NCBI GenBank assembly: GCA_013911885.1
Contig: JACESI010000004.1
Span: 89,607-153,606, forward strand
Direction: 5' to 3'
From: Hyphomicrobiales bacterium
GTDB taxonomy: Bacteria > Pseudomonadota > Alphaproteobacteria > Rhizobiales > JACESI01
Length of the DNA: 64,000 nucleotides
In this document: in pieces, positions 26,673 through 36,451 of the stretch
Layout: each line of letters opens with the position of its first letter
Position numbering within the stretch: the first letter of the stretch is position 1
Notes under the pieces: model-generated
Seen by the model: the letters and a program-made list of their open reading frames with translations, nothing else
Told to the model about the DNA's origin: nothing
Database searches by the model: none
Position numbers and translations under genes: made by a program

Positions 26673-27845
26673 TCAGGATCCCGTGCTTTCAGAAACAAAG
26701 GCGCGCACCGCCGACGGAGGCACATCGTTCGCGATAAAGGCCTTGCCGATGCCGCGGCTCAGAATGAAGGTGAGCGTGCCGCGACTGACCTTCTTGTCCT
26801 GCGCGATATGGTTCATGAGATCGTCAGCGGCAATCGGCGCGCCCGGAATGTCCGACACTTCCGTCGGCAGACCGACCGCGCGGAAATGGTTCTCGACCCG
26901 GCTTGCGTCATCGGGTGAAGCGAGATTCATGCGGGCAGAGAAGCGATGCGCCAGGACCATGCCGATGGAAATCGCTTCGCCGTGCACGAGACGGTCGCAA
27001 TAGCCGGTCGCGCGCTCCAGAGCATGGCCGAAAGTATGGCCGAGATTGAGAAGGGCGCGTTCGCCCTGTTCTGTCTCATCGGCCATCACGACCGCGGCTT
27101 TGGCCCGGCATGACGTTGCGACCGCATGGCGGCGCGCGTTACCACCTTTCAGGATTTCCGCCCAGTTTTCTTCCAGCCAGTGGAAAAAGCCGGGATCGTT
27201 GATCAGGCCATATTTCGCGACTTCGGCATAGCCTGCGCGTTGGTGGCGTGCACTCAGGGTGTCGAGGACGGCTGTGTCGGCGAGCACGAGGCCCGGCTGA
27301 TGGAAGGCGCCGATCAGGTTTTTGCCATGGCTCGTATTGATGCCGGTCTTGCCGCCAACGGACGAATCGACTTGCGCGAGAAGGCTGGTCGGGACCTGCA
27401 CGAAGGGCATGCCACGGCGCACGATGCTCGCGGCAAAGCCCGCAAGATCGCCGATGACGCCGCCGCCAAGGGCGACCACGATATCGCGCCGTTCAAGCCT
27501 GGCGGCGAGAATGCCGTTCGAAACGGTTTCGAGCGTTGCCCAGCATTTCGAATTTTCGCCCGGCTCGACGATGATCTCGGTGGTATCGATCCCCGCTTGC
27601 TGGAGGGCGGCGCGAAGCGCCTCAAGATGGAATCCTGCAACCGTCTCGTCGCTGACAATGGCGGCCCGCACAGCGCCGAAGCGCGCTGTGATTTCGTTGC
27701 CAGCGCTTGCAAGCAGATTGTCACCAATCAGAATGTCATAGGAGCGCGCGCCAAGATCGACCCGAACGGTTTCGCAGTCAAGCTCGGGTTTCGGGCTGCT
27801 GATCGGGCTGGTCGCGGTCGTCACCGGGGTTTCTCGCTGGTTCAT
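26673..27845 (-). CDS. aroB: 3-dehydroquinate synthase
   Basis: 390 aa from ATG 27845. Motifs ALGGGVIGDLAGFAA, GGKTGINTSHGKNLIGAFHQP, LNLGHTFGHALE. Confidence 0.9.
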   Translation of the reverse strand: MNQRETPVTTATSPISSPKPELDCETVRVDLGARSYDILIGDNLLASAGNEITARFGAVRAAIVSDETVAGFHLEALRAALQQAGIDTTEIIVEPGENSKCWATLETVSNGILAARLERRDIVVALGGGVIGDLAGFAASIVRRGMPFVQVPTSLLAQVDSSVGGKTGINTSHGKNLIGAFHQPGLVLADTAVLDTLSARHQRAGYAEVAKYGLINDPGFFHWLEENWAEILKGGNARRHAVATSCRAKAAVVMADETEQGERALLNLGHTFGHALERATGYCDRLVHGEAISIGMVLAHRFSARMNLASPDDASRVENHFRAVGLPTEVSDIPGAPIAADDLMNHIAQDKKVSRGTLTFILSRGIGKAFIANDVPPSAVRAFVSESTGS

Positions 27846-27932
27846 GATGTCTTCAGATGCGCTTGCTCGCCGCGCGATTTTATTCAAGATTTACCGTCTG
27901 CGCCAGTCTATCCTGCCAGTCTATGTGGCATT

Positions 27933-28514
27933 TCAGGCGACGCGTGCGCCCTCGAAATGCTCGATCAGTTTCATGGCAACCGCTTCGACCACGGTTTCAT
28001 GGCTCTGGTTGCGGGATTCGACGATGATGTCCGCAAGCGCATAGGTCGGCTCGCGAGCTTTGAGGAGATCGAGCATGATCGTCTCCGGGTCGCCGTTTTT
28101 CAGAAGCGGACGGTTGTCCTTGCGGCGCACCCGTTCGAGGAGTGTTTCAATGTCAGCCTTGAGCCAGATCGACGTGCCGCGCTCGGCAATCAGGGCGCGG
28201 GTATCGGCATCCATGAACGCACCGCCGCCAGATGAGAGCACCATCGGGCCTTCGCCGAGCAGGCGCGCAATCACCTTGCGTTCACCTTCGCGGAAATGCC
28301 TTTCGCCGAAGCTTTCGAAAATATCCGAGATCGACATGCCCGCCGCCACTTCGATGGCGCTGTCGGCGTCGGCAAAAGGGAGTTCAAGATTGGCGGCCAG
28401 GCGCTTGCCGATCGCTGATTTGCCGGACCCCATCATGCCCACAAAAACGATGTTTCGTCCGGCAAGCGCAGTGCGGATGCGGTAGGCGTCGTTCGGATCA
28501 ATGCATTTCTTCAT
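27933..28514 (-). CDS. aroK: Shikimate kinase
   Basis: 193 aa. Walker A GMMGSGKSAIGK. FREGERKV and LSSGGGAF motifs. Directly upstream of aroB. Confidence 0.9.
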   Translation of the reverse strand: MKKCIDPNDAYRIRTALAGRNIVFVGMMGSGKSAIGKRLAANLELPFADADSAIEVAAGMSISDIFESFGERHFREGERKVIARLLGEGPMVLSSGGGAFMDADTRALIAERGTSIWLKADIETLLERVRRKDNRPLLKNGDPETIMLDLLKAREPTYALADIIVESRNQSHETVVEAVAMKLIEHFEGARVA

Positions 28515-28812
28515 CGTGCGGTCGGTCTTCCCTGTTGAAGTTGCGTGACACTAGGGGAAGCGTCCATGAAGGGCAAGCGTAACGCGCGAACCGACAGGAC
28601 GATGTGTGACCGGTGAATGGCTCCTTGGCGATGCAGCCAAGCCAGTGCCGGAATTTCCCAATTCCTCTCAAGCAGGCTTTGCAGCAATTGAAATCAACCG
28701 GTCAAGGTGGCAGAACAATGAGAAGGAAAAGACATATTTATCATTCCTTATGGAATAGACGTCTTTATCGTTGTTATACTTCTTATATGTTTGAAAGCGT
28801 CTTGCCTGCGCC

Positions 28813-28956
28813 ATGCCAAGCCTTTTTCGATTTCTGTTTGTCATCCTCCTGCTTGGAGGCCTCGGTCTTGCGGGGGTTCTGGCGCTTGCTTATCTCGTTC
28901 AGCCGACGGAGCGCGAGATGACGATTTCGGTTCCATCGAAACGCCTCAACCCGTGA
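28813..28956 (+). CDS. Possible 47-aa single-pass membrane protein upstream of xerD
   Basis: ATG 28813 to TGA 28954-28956 encodes MPSLFRFLFVILLLGGLGLAGVLALAYLVQPTEREMTISVPSKRLNP. It is too short for the ORF track and ends 9 nt before the xerD ATG. Confidence 0.35.
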   Translation: MPSLFRFLFVILLLGGLGLAGVLALAYLVQPTEREMTISVPSKRLNP

Positions 28957-28964
28957 GGGCTTTT

Positions 28965-29888
28965 ATGTCGGACAGCGGCCGTATTGAGCTTTTTCTCGAA
29001 ATGCTGAGTGCAGAGCGCGGTGCGGCGCGCAACACGCTTGAAAGTTATGGGCGCGATCTTGCGGCCTACAGCCATTTTCTGAAAGCGCATGGGTGCGGGA
29101 CCGATACGGCGACGGCGGAGGATATCCGCGCCTTTCTCGCGGCATCGGCGTCGGAGGGGCTCGCCACCTCGTCGATGGCGCGGCGTTTATCGGCGATCCG
29201 TCAGTTCCACAAATTCCTGTTCGCCGAAGGGCTGCGCACCGACAATCCGACCGGCCCGATTGAATCCCCGCGCCAGCGCAAGGCCCTGCCCAAGGTGCTT
29301 TCGGAGCCAGAAGTCACGCTTCTGATCGAGACGGCGGCGGCCTGTGCGGGAAGAGAAACGGGCAGCGCCGCTGAACGGCTGCGCCATGCCCGGCTCTACA
29401 CCATGCTGGAGACGCTTTATGCGACGGGCCTCAGGGTGAGCGAGCTTGTCAGCCTTCCTGCGCGTTCGGTCGGGCTTGAACATCGCTTTTTATCCGTGAT
29501 CGGCAAAGGCTCGAAAGAACGCATGGTGCCGCTCAGCCATGCCGCGCGGGAGGCGATGGCGCGCTATCTCGTCCTTGCGAAGGATTACCACGGCAAACCG
29601 TCGAAATGGCTGTTTCCCTCTTTCGGAGCGTCCGGCCACTTCACGCGGCAGGCCTTTGCGCGCGATCTCAAGGATCTCGCCGTCAGCGTCGGGATTGATG
29701 CCGACAAAGTCTCACCGCATGTGTTGCGCCATGCTTTTGCAAGCCATCTTCTTAATCACGGCGCGGATCTTCGTGCGGTGCAGCAATTGCTCGGGCATGC
29801 CGATATCGCGACAACCCAGATCTATACCCATGTTCTGGACGAGCGACTGCGGGCGCTTGTTGAAAACCACCATCCGCTGGCAGAATAA
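28965..29888 (+). CDS. xerD: Site-specific tyrosine recombinase XerD
   Basis: 307 aa from ATG 28965. N-terminal IELFLEMLSAERGAARNTLESYGRDL. Catalytic region ATGLRVSEL...HVLRHAFASHLL...LLGHADIATTQIYTHV (R..HxxR..H..Y). Confidence 0.85.
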   Translation: MSDSGRIELFLEMLSAERGAARNTLESYGRDLAAYSHFLKAHGCGTDTATAEDIRAFLAASASEGLATSSMARRLSAIRQFHKFLFAEGLRTDNPTGPIESPRQRKALPKVLSEPEVTLLIETAAACAGRETGSAAERLRHARLYTMLETLYATGLRVSELVSLPARSVGLEHRFLSVIGKGSKERMVPLSHAAREAMARYLVLAKDYHGKPSKWLFPSFGASGHFTRQAFARDLKDLAVSVGIDADKVSPHVLRHAFASHLLNHGADLRAVQQLLGHADIATTQIYTHVLDERLRALVENHHPLAE

Positions 29889-30082
29889 GGGTTCAGGAAA
29901 TCGTAAGGCGCGATGCTCTGTTCACTTCTATCCTCCTGTGCCGATATCGGTCTTCGGCCTTCACGCTGCGTTTGCCTTTTCGCCTGTTTCCTGCGCATTT
30001 TCTTGACAGAGCCGTTGTCGGCTGAGATGACACTTGTCAGTCAGCGCCAAAGGGCGCGGGTCCGCTTGAAGAGAAAGTACGG

Positions 30083-31033
30083 ATGAAATATCTCGATTTT
30101 GAAAAGCCGGTTGCCGATCTTGCGGGCAAGATTCAGGAACTGCGGATGCTGGGAGAGCGCGGTGATGCTGTCGGGATCAAAGACGATGTCGCAAGGCTCG
30201 AGGTCAAGGCCGATCAGGCGCTCGCCGAAATCTATGCAAAGCTGACGCCCTGGCAGAAAACACAGGTCGCGCGTCATCCTGACCGGCCGCATTTCACGGA
30301 TTATCTGGCCGGCATGATCGACGATTTCGTGCCGCTTGCGGGCGACCGTAAATTCGGGGATGACGAGGCGATTATCGGCGGTATTGGTCGGTTTCACGGT
30401 CGCGATATTGCCGTGATGGGTCATGAACGGGGCCACGATACGCAGACCCGCATCCGGCATAATTTCGGTTCGGCCCGACCCGAGGGCTACCGTAAGGCTG
30501 TGCGGATCATGGAACTGGCGGACCGCTTCAATCTGCCGGTGATTTCGATTGTCGACACAGCGGGCGCCTATCCCGGCGTTGGGGCTGAAGAGCGCGGCCA
30601 GGCGGAAGCGATCGCGCGCTCGACGGATGCCTGTCTTGCGCTCGGTGTGCCAAATGTCGCGGTGATCGTGGGCGAAGGTGGTTCCGGTGGCGCGATTGCG
30701 ATTGCCACCTGCAACAAGGTTCTGATGCTCGAAAATGCGATCTACAGCGTGATTTCGCCGGAGGGGGCGGCGTCCATCCTGTGGCGGGATTCAAGCCGGG
30801 CGAAGGACGCGGCGACCACGATGAAAATCACCGCGCAGGATCTTTTGAAACTCGGTGTCATCGACGGCATCGTCGCGGAGCCGACCGGCGGTGCGCACCG
30901 CGAAAAGGCGCAGACCGTGCATCAGGTCTCCAATGCTATCGAAGCGGCGCTGAAGAGCTTTGACGGCATGTCGCGCGACGACATACGCAACCACCGGCGC
31001 GACCGTTTCCTTGATATCGGCAAAAATCTCTAA
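30083..31033 (+). CDS. accA: Acetyl-CoA carboxylase carboxyltransferase subunit alpha
   Basis: 316 aa. MKYLDFEKPVADL..., TPWQKTQVARHPDRPH, DTAGAYPGVGAEERGQAEAIA, GEGGSGGALA-type loop (GEGGSGGAIAI). Confidence 0.95.
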   Translation: MKYLDFEKPVADLAGKIQELRMLGERGDAVGIKDDVARLEVKADQALAEIYAKLTPWQKTQVARHPDRPHFTDYLAGMIDDFVPLAGDRKFGDDEAIIGGIGRFHGRDIAVMGHERGHDTQTRIRHNFGSARPEGYRKAVRIMELADRFNLPVISIVDTAGAYPGVGAEERGQAEAIARSTDACLALGVPNVAVIVGEGGSGGAIAIATCNKVLMLENAIYSVISPEGAASILWRDSSRAKDAATTMKITAQDLLKLGVIDGIVAEPTGGAHREKAQTVHQVSNAIEAALKSFDGMSRDDIRNHRRDRFLDIGKNL

Positions 31034-31491
31034 GGCCTCGCCGTTTTGCACCAGACCGGCTTGGTGTGGCGCCCGCGATAGGGTTGCGCGATCTCTTCCG
31101 TGAGAAGCACGTCGCCCACCGAGACCCCTGCGCTGTTGTCGACATAGGCAACGACCCGCCCGCCATATTTATCACGCGAGATCTGGCGCAGTCGGACCAT
31201 GCCCCCGGACGGGCCGGCAAAAACGAGCTTTTCAAGCCGGGCACGCGCCTTCTCGGCAAGATCGCGCTCCAGCGCGCAGGGCGCGTTGCGTTCCGGTGTG
31301 TCAATCCCGCGAAGGCGGACGGAGACCGCAACCGTCTGATCAAGCCATACAAGCGCGCGCACCCGCAGCGTATCGCCATCAACAATGCCGATCACATAGG
31401 CATCGACCGGCCCGGATAGCCGATCAGACGCCGGCGCCCCGACGCTGGAGAGGAGAAGGAACAGAAAGGCGGTGATTCGACATATGGACAT
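31030..31491 (-). CDS. Secreted thermonuclease (SNase-like) family protein
   Basis: Signal peptide MSICRITAFLFLLLSSVGAPA. SNase core VDGDTLRV...VRLRGIDTPE. The 3' end overlaps accA by 4 nt (convergent). Confidence 0.75.
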   Translation of the reverse strand: MSICRITAFLFLLLSSVGAPASDRLSGPVDAYVIGIVDGDTLRVRALVWLDQTVAVSVRLRGIDTPERNAPCALERDLAEKARARLEKLVFAGPSGGMVRLRQISRDKYGGRVVAYVDNSAGVSVGDVLLTEEIAQPYRGRHTKPVWCKTARP

Positions 31492-31578
31492 GCGGTTTCA
31501 TAGGCTATTATTCCTAGGAATACAATCATATAAATGAATAAGACGATTGAGACGCTGCGCACGCTTGCGGTTTAATGA

Positions 31579-31618
31579 CGATCTGGGGCGATCTGGGTCG
31601 ATCTGGGGCGATGGGGGA
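31579..31618. repeat. Tandem repeat, 10-bp unit cgatctgggg x3 plus a degenerate fourth unit
   Basis: Read directly: cgatctgggg cgatctgggt cgatctgggg cgatggggga. It lies between the DUF1674 stop and the thermonuclease start. Confidence 0.9.
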
Positions 31619-31628
31619 CGTTCAGGTC

Positions 31629-31838
31629 TTAGAAATCGCTGATGATGCCGTCTTTTTCCCAGTCGCCATAACGGATCGGTTCCGGCCCATCGCGGCCGTT
31701 GACTTCCTTTGGCCGACCCGATGCCGGCCCGCTCCGGCTGCGGCGTTCGGCTGCTTCCGCAAGCGCGCGTTTTGCCGCCGGCGAAAGCGGTTTTCGGGGC
31801 CCGTCTCGCGGGTCGTTTTCAACGGGCAGTTTTTTCAT
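31629..31838 (-). CDS. DUF1674 (SDHAF4-like) domain protein
   Basis: 69 aa from ATG 31838. The C-terminus ...GPEPIRYGDWEKDGIISDF matches the DUF1674 signature. Confidence 0.7.
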   Translation of the reverse strand: MKKLPVENDPRDGPRKPLSPAAKRALAEAAERRSRSGPASGRPKEVNGRDGPEPIRYGDWEKDGIISDF

Positions 31839-31973
31839 GGTCGAGATTTGAATTACTGTTTGCGGGTGCGCCGGTTTTATTTGCGATCCGGCTTTCCGGG
31901 AACCATATAGTGGATAAACGCTTCCGCTCAACGGCTTTCACGCGAAGCGAGAGTTTTTAGAGGAACAGTGCTC

Positions 31974-32891
31974 ATGAACTATGCAAAGACAGGCATTCTT
32001 CTTGCCACGATTACAGGCCTTTTCGTCGGCCTTGGTTACTTTCTGGGTGGAACGGGGGGCATGGTCATCGCCTTTGGCATTGCCATTGCGATGAACGCGT
32101 TTTCCTATTGGAACTCGGACAAAATGGTCCTCCGGATGCACCATGCCGAGCCGGTTGACGCAAAGTCTGCTCCTGAATTTTACGCGATGGTCGAGCGGCT
32201 TTCCCGCAATGCCGGCCTGCCGATGCCCGCGGTCTATATCATTCATGAAAATCAGCCGAACGCCTTTGCCACAGGGCGCAACCCCGAAAATGCCGCTGTC
32301 GCTGCCACCACCGGTCTTCTCGAAATATTGTCGCCTGAAGAGATCGAAGGGGTGATGGCGCATGAACTTGCGCATGTTCAAAACCGCGATACGCTGATCA
32401 TGACGGTGACTGCGACCTTTGCCGGTGCGATTTCGATGCTGGCGAATTTTGCCATGTTCTCCGGCGATAATCGCAACAATCCGTTCGGTATCGTCGGTGT
32501 GATTCTGACGGTGATCATCGCGCCGCTTGCTGCCGCAGTCGTTCAGATGGCGATCAGCCGGACGCGGGAATATGCCGCAGATCGGCGCGGTGCTGAAATC
32601 AGCGGCAATCCGCGCGGACTTGCCTCGGCGCTCGTCAAGATCTCGAATGGTGCCGCACGCATCGTCAACGAGGATGCCGAACGCAATCCCGCGACCGCGC
32701 ATATGTTCATCATCAATCCGCTCAACGGCCAGCGCATGGATGGTTTGTTCTCAACCCATCCGGACACCCAGAACAGGATTGATGTGCTGCTTGCCTTCGA
32801 AGCCGAGATGGGACCGGCCCGCCCGGTTTCCTCGCGCGGTTCAGTTCCTTCAGCGGGCGCGGGACGCAGCAAGCGCGGGCCCTGGGGCTGA
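31974..32891 (+). CDS. htpX: Zinc metalloprotease HtpX
   Basis: 305 aa. N-terminal TM helices, HELAH zinc motif ([14 protein letters not shown]), later [10 protein letters not shown]. Confidence 0.9.
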   Translation: MNYAKTGILLATITGLFVGLGYFLGGTGGMVIAFGIAIAMNAFSYWNSDKMVLRMHHAEPVDAKSAPEFYAMVERLSRNAGLPMPAVYIIHENQPNAFATGRNPENAAVAATTGLLEILSPEEIEGVMAHELAHVQNRDTLIMTVTATFAGAISMLANFAMFSGDNRNNPFGIVGVILTVIIAPLAAAVVQMAISRTREYAADRRGAEISGNPRGLASALVKISNGAARIVNEDAERNPATAHMFIINPLNGQRMDGLFSTHPDTQNRIDVLLAFEAEMGPARPVSSRGSVPSAGAGRSKRGPWG

Positions 32892-32940
32892 TCGCACATA
32901 GGTTGACTTGCAACGCCAAATCCTGTGCGGTCACAGGGCT

Positions 32941-34485
32941 ATGACAGAAAACAGAGAATCGCTAAAAGGGGAGGCCCGCCCCTTCGAAGGGCCTTTATCG
33001 AAAAGAGATGTCTTGACGCCTGGCCCTGCCAAATCCCGGCCGCATCCGCGCCCTGTGACCGCCGGACTTGCCGCCCGAAAGCGTGCGCTTGAAATCGTCG
33101 TTGCTGTGCTCGATCAGGGGGAGCCGCTCGAATATATTCTGGACCGGGATGGCGCGAAGGCTGTGGTCGGCAAGTCTGTCACACCGATGGGCAAGGGCAA
33201 GGGCGCTCAACATCGATCTCCTGCAAATATTCCCTCAGGCCCAAACCATCTGCCTGCCAATGACCGTGCGCTTGCCCGCGCAATTGCCGCAACTACGCTT
33301 CGGCGCAGGGGGCAGATCGACCAGATTCTTGCCCGGAGCATGGAAAAGCCGCTCGGCAAGCGCGGTGGCATTGCGCTCCATATCCTGCGCGTGGCGGTTG
33401 CGCAGATCCTCTTCATGGACGTTCCGGACCACGCCTCGGTCAGCCTTGCCATGGAACTTGCGAAGGCGGATGGCAAGGCGCGTCATTTCTCGAAACTCGT
33501 CAATGGCGTCCTTCGGGGCATTGCGCGCGACCGCGCGGCTCTTCTGGGCGATCTTGATCCGCTCGACAATCTGCCGGACTGGCTCCGCCAGCGCTGGTCG
33601 GCCACTTATGGCGCGGCAATCACCCGGCAGATGGCTGGCAGCCTTCTGAACGAGCCCTATCTCGATATCCGCCTCAAGCAGGGGGCTACCCATTCGTTTG
33701 ACCCTGCAATGGTTCATGCCGTGCTGCCGAACGGATCGCTGAGGTTGCGCGGGCGTGGGCTCGTCTCCGATCTTGCGGGCTATAATGAGGGTATCTGGTG
33801 GGTGCAGGACATGGCGGCAAGCCTCGCGCCTGTTCTGTTTGGGGATGTCGCGGGCAAGCGGATTGCCGATCTTTGCGCAGCGCCGGGTGGCAAGACCGTT
33901 TTTCTTGCCGACGCGGGCGCGCGGGTCACAGCGGTCGACGTCTCCCGCGAGCGCCTCGTCAAGCTTCAGGAAAACCTCAGCCGGTTACATCTCAAGGCCG
34001 AGATCGTCCTGTCCGATATTGCAGATTTCGTGCCGGATGCGCTTTTTGACGGCGTTCTTCTCGACGCGCCCTGTTCGGCGACCGGCACCGTGCGGCGCCA
34101 CCCCGATATCCTCGCCCTCAAGACCCCGGAGGTGATCGAGCGCATGGCGAAGGTGCAGCGCCAAATGCTCCGGCGCGCTGTCGACATGCTCGCGCCCGGC
34201 GGAATTCTGGTTTATTGCACCTGTTCGCTGGAACCGGAGGAGGGGGAGGCTGTCCTTGATTTCATCCGGCAGGAAAATCTGCCGCTCACGGTTGTTCCGG
34301 TGGAAGGCGCGGAAGTCGGCGGCCTCACTGCTATCCTGCGCCCGGATGGGACGATCCGCACACGCCCCGACCACGATCCGCTAACCCCGGAAGCCGACAT
34401 GCCGAATGTTGATCCTGCCCCGGCTGTTTCGCCAATGTCCGGGATCGACGGTTTCTTCATCGCCCGTTTTCGGAAACGGGGTTAG
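32941..34485 (+). CDS. rsmB: RsmB/NOP-family 16S rRNA (cytosine-C5)-methyltransferase
   Basis: 514 aa. NusB-like N-terminal region. SAM motif DLCAAPGGKT. Catalytic DAPCSATGTVRRHPD and YCTCS. Confidence 0.8.
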   Translation: MTENRESLKGEARPFEGPLSKRDVLTPGPAKSRPHPRPVTAGLAARKRALEIVVAVLDQGEPLEYILDRDGAKAVVGKSVTPMGKGKGAQHRSPANIPSGPNHLPANDRALARAIAATTLRRRGQIDQILARSMEKPLGKRGGIALHILRVAVAQILFMDVPDHASVSLAMELAKADGKARHFSKLVNGVLRGIARDRAALLGDLDPLDNLPDWLRQRWSATYGAAITRQMAGSLLNEPYLDIRLKQGATHSFDPAMVHAVLPNGSLRLRGRGLVSDLAGYNEGIWWVQDMAASLAPVLFGDVAGKRIADLCAAPGGKTVFLADAGARVTAVDVSRERLVKLQENLSRLHLKAEIVLSDIADFVPDALFDGVLLDAPCSATGTVRRHPDILALKTPEVIERMAKVQRQMLRRAVDMLAPGGILVYCTCSLEPEEGEAVLDFIRQENLPLTVVPVEGAEVGGLTAILRPDGTIRTRPDHDPLTPEADMPNVDPAPAVSPMSGIDGFFIARFRKRG

Positions 34486-34644
34486 GCACTCTTGTACAAA
34501 GATACTTCGAAAGTTTTATTTTGCTGGAAATAATCAATTGCAACGGACGACCATCCATCCGTAAATTGCCAACCGGGGATTTTTTGGACGCTTCGGGGCG
34601 GACGGCGGCTGAGCAGGACGCCGGTTTGGGGACAGGTTGTAAGA

Positions 34645-36366
34645 GTGAGCGCTATCTTAACTGTTTCTGACAGGGTCCGGCTTGCGCGCTACCTGATCTC
34701 GCAGGGCGCGCTTAACTCTTTGCGCTGGGTGCGGTTCAATCCTTTCCTGCGCTGGCGTCTTGCCGGGCCGGTTTCGCCGGAACTTCTCATTGCGCCGCAG
34801 GACATCACGACCGCCGATGCGACCCGCGCGAACGATATTTATGCCGGTTATTTCAGTTTCAACGGCCACATGGTCAATTGCAGCGGTTCATCGCCCTTCG
34901 ATATGCAGGGGCCGCCGTTGATCTGGCATTGCCGCCTGCATGAATTCGGCTGGCTCAAACATCTGCGCGCGGCTGAAAACGCGGTTTCCAGGGCACAGGC
35001 GCGGCTTTTCGTCGAGGACTGGATTCGCCAGAACAGCGCGGTAAGGGGTATTGCCTGGGACGTCGAATGCACGGCAAAGCGGGTCATTGCCTGGCTGTCG
35101 CATTCGCCGCTGATGCTGGAGGGCTGCGATCATGCCTTTTACCGGCGGTTCATGCGCAGTCTGACCCGGCAGGTGCGCTATCTGCGGCTGAGCGCGCGTG
35201 ATGCGCCGCAAGGTCTGCCGCGGCTTCTTGTCGCCATCGCCCTTGCCTATGCCGCTTTCTGCATGGCCGGGCCCTCCACATTCGTGCGCAATTCGGTTCG
35301 GCGGCTCGACCGGGAACTGCAATTGCAGATTCTGCCGGATGGTGGTCATGTCAGCCGTAACCCTGCGGCGATCATCACGCTGCTATCGCTCCTCCTGCCG
35401 CTGCGCCAGACCATCATCGCGCGCGATGTTGCCCCAGGCGAAATCTTGATCGGCGCCATCAACCGGATGATGCCGATGCTGCGCTTTTTCCGGCTCGGCG
35501 ATGGCTCTTTCGGCCGCTTCAACGGCATGGGCGACACGCCGGGTGATCTGGTCGCGACGCTGCTTGCCTATGATGATGCGGGAGGTTCGCCGGTGCTTAA
35601 TGCCACCCATTCCGGCTATCAGCGCCTTTCCGCGGACGATATCGTCGTGCTGATGGATACCGGCGCCTTGCCGCCGCGTGCTGTCTGTAGCCAGATGCAT
35701 GCGGGCTGCCTGTCCTTCGAAATGAGCACTGGCCTTGAGCGGATCGTTGTCAATTGCGGTCATCTCGATGAGTATCTCGCAAGCAACGAGGCGGTTCGGC
35801 TTGCGCGGATTGCGCGCTCGACAGCAGCGCACTCGACGCTTTCGATCAATGAACAATCATCAGCACGCTTCACCGCCCCCCGGTGGAGCAGGCCATCCTC
35901 TTCTGTCGCGCAGATCCTCTCCGGTCCGCAGAAAGTCGTGGTGAGCCGCCTGCCGTCAACCGACGAGGTCAGCGTCGACGCGCTGCATGACGGCTATGTC
36001 AGCGCCTTCGGGCTCAAACATCGGCGCATCCTCGCGTTGTCAAATGACGGAATGTTTGTGTCAGGGCAGGATATCGTGCTGACCCAACGCGAAGGGCAGG
36101 TCGGACCAGACAACGACAATATGTTCCAGATCCGGTTTCATCTCCACCCGAATGTTGCGGCGACGCAATCGTCTGCCCGGACCGTCGAAATTGCCCTCAA
36201 ATCGGGCAAAAGGTTCCTGTTCAACTGCATGAATGTCGATGTCGCGCTCGACGATACCGTGACTTTCTCCCAGATATACGGCACCCAGCGCGCGCAGCAG
36301 ATCGTGATCGAGGGCCGTCTTGGGGATCATTCTGTGGTTGATTGGGCGTTCCAGCGGCTATATTGA
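34645..36366 (+). CDS. Heparinase II/III-like family protein (function unknown in this context)
   Basis: 573 aa, GTG start. N-terminal LIAPQDITTADATRANDIYAGYFSFNG and central ...LPDGGHVSRNP... are as I recall for the alphaproteobacterial heparinase II/III-like family between rsmB and purH. Confidence 0.65.
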   Translation: MSAILTVSDRVRLARYLISQGALNSLRWVRFNPFLRWRLAGPVSPELLIAPQDITTADATRANDIYAGYFSFNGHMVNCSGSSPFDMQGPPLIWHCRLHEFGWLKHLRAAENAVSRAQARLFVEDWIRQNSAVRGIAWDVECTAKRVIAWLSHSPLMLEGCDHAFYRRFMRSLTRQVRYLRLSARDAPQGLPRLLVAIALAYAAFCMAGPSTFVRNSVRRLDRELQLQILPDGGHVSRNPAAIITLLSLLLPLRQTIIARDVAPGEILIGAINRMMPMLRFFRLGDGSFGRFNGMGDTPGDLVATLLAYDDAGGSPVLNATHSGYQRLSADDIVVLMDTGALPPRAVCSQMHAGCLSFEMSTGLERIVVNCGHLDEYLASNEAVRLARIARSTAAHSTLSINEQSSARFTAPRWSRPSSSVAQILSGPQKVVVSRLPSTDEVSVDALHDGYVSAFGLKHRRILALSNDGMFVSGQDIVLTQREGQVGPDNDNMFQIRFHLHPNVAATQSSARTVEIALKSGKRFLFNCMNVDVALDDTVTFSQIYGTQRAQQIVIEGRLGDHSVVDWAFQRLY

Positions 36367-36451
36367 TCGCGCGGCAATCGTTGCTCCCAGTGCAGATGGC
36401 TGACAGGGGCACGTTCATCATGTCACTTACTTGAGATCAGGAGCTTCCGTC

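Noticed and set aside
27902-27924. A 10-bp direct repeat gccagtctat ... gccagtctat (3-nt spacer) in the aroK-aroB spacer.
   Set aside because: There are only two short copies inside an operon spacer. That is too little to distinguish from chance. I note it only because it begins like the 12-bp repeat unit at 11447.
28965-29888. A tyrosine recombinase that could mark a mobile element or integron.
   Set aside because: The sequence and context (aroK-aroB / xerD / accA) fit the housekeeping chromosome-dimer resolvase XerD. There are no att-like repeats, cargo genes or phage genes nearby.
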